A DNA stretch of 64,000 nucleotides, taken from NCBI GenBank assembly GCA_963815095.1, contig CAWFFH010000003.1:384001-448000 (forward strand), given 5' to 3'. The DNA is from Candidatus Bathyarchaeota archaeon. Lineage in GTDB: Archaea > Thermoproteota > Bathyarchaeia > Bathyarchaeales > Bathycorpusculaceae. The notes beneath the pieces were generated by a model. It made no database searches, was not told the origin of the DNA, and saw only the letters and a program-made list of their open reading frames with translations. Made by a program: the position numbers and the translations under genes. Below are positions 57,976-64,000 of the stretch, piece by piece. Positions within the stretch are counted from its first letter, which is position 1; every line of letters begins with the position of its first letter.

Positions 57976-58116
57976 TTATGCAAAACTTATGCAAATATTT
58001 ATTTTCAAGCTAGGTATATTTAGCCTTTTTCTTTTCACCACCAAATAACTCCATAATTTGCATTATTACCCAAAATAATCTATAAAATTTGTATAAGAAA
58101 GCTTTATTACCAAAAT
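57976..58116. promoter_or_regulatory. Divergent promoter with repeated TTATGCAAA-like boxes
   Basis: TTATGCAAA at 57976 and 57987; inverted variants near 58057 and at 58088; TTATTACC(C)AAAA at 58063 and 58104. Confidence 0.45.
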
Positions 58117-58161
58117 TTTAGTTGTGGCTCATAATATATTTAATGTTCAAGGGTACCCCAA

Positions 58162-59196
58162 GTGGCTCCAGCGAAAATAGATGAAACTGATGCGAAAATA
58201 CTGAAGATGCTGCTAGCTGAATCTCGGACCAGTTTTACAGATATTGCTCGCGAATGCAAAATTACCGTTGGCGCTGTTCGAATGCGCTATAAACGCCTGT
58301 GGAAGGAGGGCATAATTAATGGCGAAGTAACCTTGGTTAACCCTCACTGCCTTGGTTATCGACACATAATAGACCTAGGCATTATAACTGAAAACGGATC
58401 TGAAAAAGACGTTGCCATTTACTTAGAAAGTAAACCCTACATCTCTGAGGTTGTTGCTCATTTTGGAAAATACAATTTTTATGGAAAAGTAGCTTTACGC
58501 GACCTAAACAAGTTGTCGGAGATAATCGAAGATTTAGAGTCAAACCATAAAATCAAACGGGTAGAGGCTTTGATTTGGTCTGAAGCCATAAATGTTGAAT
58601 ACCCACAAAACTTAATTCTTAAACCTCTCAAACACGTTGGGCACGAAAAAAACAGAAGACCAATGTTAACTAATCTGGATCAGCCCCCTATAGAAATCGA
58701 TGAATTGGATAGAAAAATAGCGATTATTCTTTCAAGAAAATCCCGCACTCCCTTCAGCAAAATTGCATATCAATTAGATGTTTCAACAAAGACTGTGATA
58801 CAAAGATACAAAAAACTTCGAGAAAATTTGTTGACGCTTTCAACTATAACACTTGATTTAAATAAGATTGGATATGGGGCGCTAGCAAACCTTTACATAA
58901 AAATATCAAATAGAAGCAAATTAACAGAGATTTACAGCCAACTGCTTCAGATTCCAAACGTCATAGTTATCATTAGGCTCATCGGCGGCTACGACTTGTA
59001 TGTAGCAGCTGTTCTGGAAGATTTTGATGATATGTTCCAAATAACGGAGCAAATCAGTAAAATTGACGACATAGAAAAACCTGACATCTACATTTCTCCA
59101 ATGATGCCATCGTGGCCTCTAAACTTGTTTCCTTCGCTAATAGAGAATGCTACAATGCCGAAATATTGGACAAAAGAATCAAATATTAAAACATAA
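58162..59196 (+). CDS. Tandem (double) Lrp/AsnC family transcriptional regulator
   Basis: Two HTH+RAM units: IDETDAKILKML..ESR.SF..IA and IDELDRKIAIIL..KSRTPFSKIA. Confidence 0.88.
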   Translation: MAPAKIDETDAKILKMLLAESRTSFTDIARECKITVGAVRMRYKRLWKEGIINGEVTLVNPHCLGYRHIIDLGIITENGSEKDVAIYLESKPYISEVVAHFGKYNFYGKVALRDLNKLSEIIEDLESNHKIKRVEALIWSEAINVEYPQNLILKPLKHVGHEKNRRPMLTNLDQPPIEIDELDRKIAIILSRKSRTPFSKIAYQLDVSTKTVIQRYKKLRENLLTLSTITLDLNKIGYGALANLYIKISNRSKLTEIYSQLLQIPNVIVIIRLIGGYDLYVAAVLEDFDDMFQITEQISKIDDIEKPDIYISPMMPSWPLNLFPSLIENATMPKYWTKESNIKT

Positions 59197-59341
59197 GAAC
59201 GTTTGAACAATGCTTTGCAAGTTTAATAAGATCTTTTTAGAAAATTTTGCCTTTCTCTTTAGATTTAGTCTTTTTTGCGTTTAAGGCGAAACATTTAAGC
59301 ACCAATCGCATCCTTTTTTGAGATTAAACAGTGAAACAGTA

Positions 59342-60727
59342 ATGAAACCTCACGTAACCTTAGTTAACCCTGCTGCTCCAGTTGGCGCCGCAATGCACAT
59401 GCCTTTTGCACTACTTGGCTTGGGATATTTGGCTGCTGTTTTAGAGAAAAACAACTACAAAGTTGATGTAATCGACTGCCAAGTATTGAAGCTCTCTTTT
59501 GAAGATTTTAAAAACGAGATAAGTAAACGCCAACCAGACATTGTTGGAGTAACTTCATCGACATTGACTTATCAGACAGCTTTAAAGCTAGTTAGGATTG
59601 CAAGGGAAGCTTGCCCAAACTGTATAACAATCGCTGGAGGCTCCCACGTGACTTTTTGGGATGACCAAGCACTCGAAGAGTGCCCTGAACTCGACATTGT
59701 CGTTAGAAGAGAAGGCGAGAATACAATGTTGGAGTTGGTGCAGCGAATCGAGGCGGACAAGAGTTACGATGATGTCTTGGGCACGACCAGCCAGAAAGAA
59801 GGCAAAATCGTTAGGAACCCAGACAGGCCCTACATTGAAGATTTGGATAGCTTGCCGTTTCCAGCGCGTCATTTGTGGCCGATGGAGAAGTTCCGCGAAC
59901 TAGAAGATATTCTCTACTTGGCCTCTAGCAGAGGCTGTGTATATTGGTGCGAGTTCTGCACAACTGTAAGGATGCATGGACGCAAGTATCGTATGCGAAG
60001 CCCAAAAAACGTTGTGGATGAAATAGAGCAACTCCACAAGACGTATGGAATTAATAAGTTCACGTTCTGCGACGACGCATTTACGGTAGACCAGCCAAGA
60101 ACGGAATCGATTTGTAACGAAATTCTACAGCGTGGACTGAAGATTGAGTGGAATTGTGGCACACGCGTTGACATGTTAACAAAAGATCTACTTGCGAAAA
60201 TGAAGGCGGCGGGATGTATTTCAGTATGGTTCGGTGTTGAATCAGGAACTCAGCAGGTTTTGGATGCCATGAAAAAAGGCATTTCCCCTGAACTTACAAT
60301 GAAGGTTTTGGGTTGGGTACGAGAGGCGGGTTTGCAGCCTGTACCAAACGTTATCCTTGGTTTCCCAGGCGAAACAAAAGAAAGCGCGTGGAAAACAATC
60401 AAATTCGTGGAAAAAGTGTCTCCTGACGCAGTGGGTTTCTACAATGTCGCTACACCGTTTCCGGGTACTCCCATGTACGATTTGGTTAAGGAGAAGGGTT
60501 GGATGCGAGTAACCGATTTTGATATGTACGACACAACCAAACCCATTTTTGAGACCCCACAACTTAGCATGAAAGAACTTGGCAAACTGCGAGAAGGCGC
60601 ATTCCATCACTATTACCTTCGCAGAGCATATTTCCTCGATAAAAGAAGGCGTTTTAAGTTGTCTACAGCTTTGATTGTTGGGGTGCATTTGATTGCAAAC
60701 ATTAAACTTAAGCTCAGAAGAAAATAA
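59342..60727 (+). CDS. B12-binding radical SAM enzyme
   Basis: LGLGYLAAVL, GGSH.T, EGE, SRGCVYWCEFC, DDAF, GVESG, ILGFPGET and PFPGT motifs. Confidence 0.88.
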   Translation: MKPHVTLVNPAAPVGAAMHMPFALLGLGYLAAVLEKNNYKVDVIDCQVLKLSFEDFKNEISKRQPDIVGVTSSTLTYQTALKLVRIAREACPNCITIAGGSHVTFWDDQALEECPELDIVVRREGENTMLELVQRIEADKSYDDVLGTTSQKEGKIVRNPDRPYIEDLDSLPFPARHLWPMEKFRELEDILYLASSRGCVYWCEFCTTVRMHGRKYRMRSPKNVVDEIEQLHKTYGINKFTFCDDAFTVDQPRTESICNEILQRGLKIEWNCGTRVDMLTKDLLAKMKAAGCISVWFGVESGTQQVLDAMKKGISPELTMKVLGWVREAGLQPVPNVILGFPGETKESAWKTIKFVEKVSPDAVGFYNVATPFPGTPMYDLVKEKGWMRVTDFDMYDTTKPIFETPQLSMKELGKLREGAFHHYYLRRAYFLDKRRRFKLSTALIVGVHLIANIKLKLRRK

Positions 60728-60740
60728 AGCGTCAAACAGC

Positions 60741-60760
60741 ATGTTCCAAAGCTGGAACAT
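60741..60760. terminator. Perfect 8-bp hairpin between convergent genes
   Basis: ATGTTCCA-AAGC-TGGAACAT in the 38-nt gap between two stop codons. Confidence 0.5.
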
Positions 60761-60765
60761 TATCT

Positions 60766-61212
60766 CTAATGTTTGGGTTTCTTCCTAAAACGTAGCGCTT
60801 CAAATAGGAAAATAACTGCGGCAACTACTGTTACTACTGTTAACAACCAGAATGCTCCCTCAACGGAAGCTCCCACAATCAAATGTGGAATCAAAATGGC
60901 TATTTCGGCAATTAAGACGCCTACGAAGATGAAACCGAAGATTGCAAAGTTGGGGATAAGGTTTTTTCCGAACCAAACATATCCTTTCATTCCTATTTTT
61001 TCTTTAATAACATAGTTGCCATATGAATCTTTGACAACTAAACCGAGGTCAATGAGTTTTTGGAGGTTTCTGTAAGCGACACTTGGACTGCTGAGGTTGG
61101 CTCCACGCATCAAATCACGAGGGCCAACTGGCTTGCCGACTTTGACTAGGTAAAGGTAGGTTTGGAAGGTTGTTGCATTAAGTTCTTCCTCAGGTTCCAA
61201 GCCGAGCACCAA
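60766..61212 (-). CDS. Winged-HTH protein with two C-terminal TM helices (membrane-anchored regulator-like)
   Basis: Y.YL....PVGPRDL.R...LSSPSVAYRNL.KL..LGLV.KD.YG.Y followed by two hydrophobic helices. Confidence 0.7.
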   Translation of the reverse strand: MVLGLEPEEELNATTFQTYLYLVKVGKPVGPRDLMRGANLSSPSVAYRNLQKLIDLGLVVKDSYGNYVIKEKIGMKGYVWFGKNLIPNFAIFGFIFVGVLIAEIAILIPHLIVGASVEGAFWLLTVVTVVAAVIFLFEALRFRKKPKH

Positions 61213-61443
61213 TGCATCAATTAGCAGGGTTGCCCTTAAAAAACCAAGCTATCTTGCAAAAAATTAGAAGCAGTCTTAAGAAGAAAATTTGAGTCAACTT
61301 TAAGCAAAATACATTTAAAGCGCAATCAATTTAGCCTCAAACAAAAAGCAAAATTTTTTTCAAATAATCGTGTGTAGACGGTTTACCGTAATTGATATTA
61401 ACCGTTTACCCAAAGTATCTCGAAAGCAAAAGCGTGGGTACTC

Positions 61444-62448
61444 TTGGAGATAAACGTCTTAAATGTACTAATTGCCTTAATCGTGCTGGTTTTAGCCATC
61501 TTGTTAGATTTGGTACTTGGCGACCCCTCACCCAACTACCCTAACAGGTGGGTTTTCAAGCTTCACCCAACGGTTTTGATGGGGCAGTTTACCAAGAAAA
61601 TTGAGCCCTACTTCAAAAACAAAGACGCAAAAACAGAAAAATTCCTCGGCATCTTACTCGGTTTAACTGTTATTGCAGCATTTGCACTTCCAGTTTTCTT
61701 CGGGTTATGGGCAATCTACACATTCAGTCCATTCTGCATCAACATCTTTGTATACGGTTTCATCGCCGTAATCCTAGTAAAAATGACAATTTGCATTAAA
61801 CTTGAGACAGATTGGGCAAAAGCGGCAGCCAAAGCCATCGACGAAAGCAATTTGCCTGAAGCCAAAAAATATAGTCATTTTTCGAGACGAGAATCCAAAG
61901 ACTTAAACGGCCCCCAGATGGGCAGTGCAGTTATTGAATCCATGTCTGAAAACCTAATCGACTTTAAACTCTCTCCCATGATGTCCTTTTCGCTCTTCGG
62001 CGTTACAGGCGCAATTGCGTTTCGAGCTATAAACACCCTTGATGGCATGGTCGGCTTCAAAACCAAAGAACACATCAATACTGGATGGTTTAGCGCTAAC
62101 CTTGATAACTTTGTAAACTTCATTCCAACGCGACTTACAGCTTTGCTGATGATTGTTGCGGCAGTACTCCTACGCATGGACGCGAAGAACGCTTGGAGAA
62201 TCGCACACAGAGATCACAAAAAAACTCCCAGCCGCAACCATGGTTGGCCAATGGGTGCAGTGGCTGGCGCGCTTAGGATTCAGTTGGAGAAACCTGGACA
62301 ATACATTCTTGGCGATGCACAAGAACCGCTGACTGGAGACAAGATTTTGGGTGCGTTGCGAATTCGCGATGTAACGATTATATTGTGGGGGCTACTTTGC
62401 GTTGCCGTCATTGTGCTTGTTCGGCTGTTTTGGTTTATGCCGATTTAG
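61444..62448 (+). CDS. cbiB: Adenosylcobinamide-phosphate synthase CbiB
   Basis: D..LGDP....HP, ES.SEN..D, FRAINTLDGMVG, G.FSA.LD..NFIPTRL and S.N.GWP motifs. Confidence 0.88.
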   Translation: MEINVLNVLIALIVLVLAILLDLVLGDPSPNYPNRWVFKLHPTVLMGQFTKKIEPYFKNKDAKTEKFLGILLGLTVIAAFALPVFFGLWAIYTFSPFCINIFVYGFIAVILVKMTICIKLETDWAKAAAKAIDESNLPEAKKYSHFSRRESKDLNGPQMGSAVIESMSENLIDFKLSPMMSFSLFGVTGAIAFRAINTLDGMVGFKTKEHINTGWFSANLDNFVNFIPTRLTALLMIVAAVLLRMDAKNAWRIAHRDHKKTPSRNHGWPMGAVAGALRIQLEKPGQYILGDAQEPLTGDKILGALRIRDVTIILWGLLCVAVIVLVRLFWFMPI

Positions 62449-62489
62449 TGGAAAGTTTTAATCAAGCAACGGGGTATTCTGACTAAGAA

Positions 62490-63944
62490 GTGCCACTGAT
62501 GCGTGTTTGTCTCATTAATCCGCCGCGAATTCAGCCTAAAGCATGGGGAAAACCCAACGTTTTTCCACCCATCGCCATGGCTTCAGTTGCAGCAGTCCTC
62601 GAAAAAAACCACATCGTATCCATAATTGATTCTCCAACAGAGGGTTGGGAAAACCTGCTTGAACTTGATGAAACCAAATATCGGGTCGGTTTGAGTGCAG
62701 AAACTATCGCGGAAAGGGTCGCAAAGTGGAACCCCGAAGTTGTGGGATTGGAGATTCCCTTTTCAGGCTGGTCCAGAACCGCTTTTGAAGTTGCAGCCAC
62801 AGCAAAAAAAGTAAATCCAAACATCAAAGTCGTTCTGTTTGGCTTGCATCCTTCATCTCGCCCAGAGGATTGCCTGCAGAACGAGAACGTGGATTTTGTC
62901 GTAATTGGTGAACCAGAAAACACCATGTCCGAATTAGTTGATGCGTTAGCGGAAGAAAAACGGGATTTCAAAGTTATCGATGGTTTAGGTTTCAGAGAAA
63001 AAGGCAAACCAATTCTAACCAAGAAGCGTGCGGTAATTGAAGACTTGGATTCGCTGCCATTTCCCGCAAGACACCTACTTCCAATGAATGTTTACGCACA
63101 AGCCGTTAGACAGAACCCGCTACGAGGAGAAATCCACAAACCATACACCATAGTCATCACAAGCAGAGGCTGCCCCTACAACTGTGTTTTCTGCTCAAAC
63201 TGCATCGTCTGGGGCAAAAAGTGGCGTCCACGGAGCCCAAAAAATGTTGTTGACGAAATCGAGCAAGTTATCAAAACTTTTGGGATAGCGCAAATTGACT
63301 TTTCCGATGATAACATGACACTTGATAAGGAGCGGATGATTCAGATTTGCGATTTAATCGTTGAGCGCAGCTTGAAGTTTGAGTGGTTTACGCCCAACGG
63401 CATCAGAGCCGACACACTTGATGAGTCACTTTTGCGGAAGATGAAGGCTGCAGGCTGCAAAAAAATCCGCATTGCCCCTGAGTCGGGGGTGCAGCGAATC
63501 GTGAACGATGTCATCAAGAAAAACTTGGATCTCAAAACTGTTGAACAGGCGGTGGTTTTATGCAAGAAAGTCGGCATCAAAGTTGGCTGTTTCTTTGTCA
63601 TCGGTTTAATCGGCGAAACCAAAGCCGACATTGAAGAAACAATCAATTTCGCTTACAAACTCAAAGGGTTAGGCGCGGACACCTTTATCTTCAGCATCGC
63701 CATGCCCCTCTACGGAACTGCATTTTACGAGCAGGCAAAACAAAAGGGCTTTTTGCGGGAAGGTTTCTGCGACTACGCGTTGGCAGCGACCGAGCCACAA
63801 GTTGAAACGCCTGAATGGTCGGCAAAGGATTTGCAGGAGTTGTGTATGAAGGCGAATTTGGTTAACCCAACATTTACCCGCTCCAAAATTATCAGAGCCG
63901 TGAAGAACCCGAAGAAAACCCTTAAAGTTCTGCTGAAGAAATAG
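62490..63944 (+). CDS. B12-binding radical SAM enzyme
   Basis: LINPP, G.HPS, GEPE, LPFPARHL, TSRGCPYNCVFC, DDN, PNGIRAD and PESG motifs. Confidence 0.88.
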   Translation: MPLMRVCLINPPRIQPKAWGKPNVFPPIAMASVAAVLEKNHIVSIIDSPTEGWENLLELDETKYRVGLSAETIAERVAKWNPEVVGLEIPFSGWSRTAFEVAATAKKVNPNIKVVLFGLHPSSRPEDCLQNENVDFVVIGEPENTMSELVDALAEEKRDFKVIDGLGFREKGKPILTKKRAVIEDLDSLPFPARHLLPMNVYAQAVRQNPLRGEIHKPYTIVITSRGCPYNCVFCSNCIVWGKKWRPRSPKNVVDEIEQVIKTFGIAQIDFSDDNMTLDKERMIQICDLIVERSLKFEWFTPNGIRADTLDESLLRKMKAAGCKKIRIAPESGVQRIVNDVIKKNLDLKTVEQAVVLCKKVGIKVGCFFVIGLIGETKADIEETINFAYKLKGLGADTFIFSIAMPLYGTAFYEQAKQKGFLREGFCDYALAATEPQVETPEWSAKDLQELCMKANLVNPTFTRSKIIRAVKNPKKTLKVLLKK

Positions 63945-64000
63945 AGGGTCAGTTTTGGGCTTCGCAAGTTTTATTACAATGCCCAGTTTTCCTAATTAGA

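Noticed and set aside
48778-63944. Calling the B12 radical SAMs GrsA/GrsB ring synthases
   Set aside because: They show generic class B features and lack the N-terminal signatures I associate with Grs; a specific assignment needs phylogeny.
1-64000. CRISPR arrays, tRNA/rRNA genes, IS elements, inteins
   Set aside because: No spaced repeats, cloverleafs, transposase motifs or intein insertions were seen by eye; short ncRNAs could have been missed.

Overview
Gene-dense archaeal chromosomal window, most likely Bathyarchaeia (TACK). This is inferred from a crenarchaeal-type PolB1, thermosome, prefoldin, AglB, archaeal CobY/CobZ/CobT, expanded secreted beta-propeller proteins and frequent TTG/GTG starts. 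No rRNA, tRNA, CRISPR or transposase was seen. A housekeeping block (about 12-41 kb) holds nfo, a DUF433/PIN toxin-antitoxin pair, ECF transporter, pfdB, sua5, thermosome, thyA, moeA x2, RsmB/NOP2, polB1, aglH, aglB and topA. It separates two similarly built regions in which cobamide nucleotide-loop genes (cobY x2, cobS x2, cobZ, cobT, cobD, cbiB) are interleaved with ether-lipid enzymes (a divergent DGGGP-synthase-like UbiA coupled to a divergent tetraether-synthase-like radical SAM, and a Gms-like SPASM radical SAM), three B12-binding radical SAM enzymes and GT2/GT4 cassettes. The best candidate for an undescribed system is a cobamide-linked tetraether-lipid tailoring locus that includes a motif-altered CobS/CobY paralog pair. 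Also notable are eukaryote-like OSTC/DC2 and PAC3/PAC4 homologs, a PIP-box-bearing DUF488 protein and an aldo-keto reductase lacking its catalytic Tyr. All family calls come from motif recognition by eye; no database searches were run.
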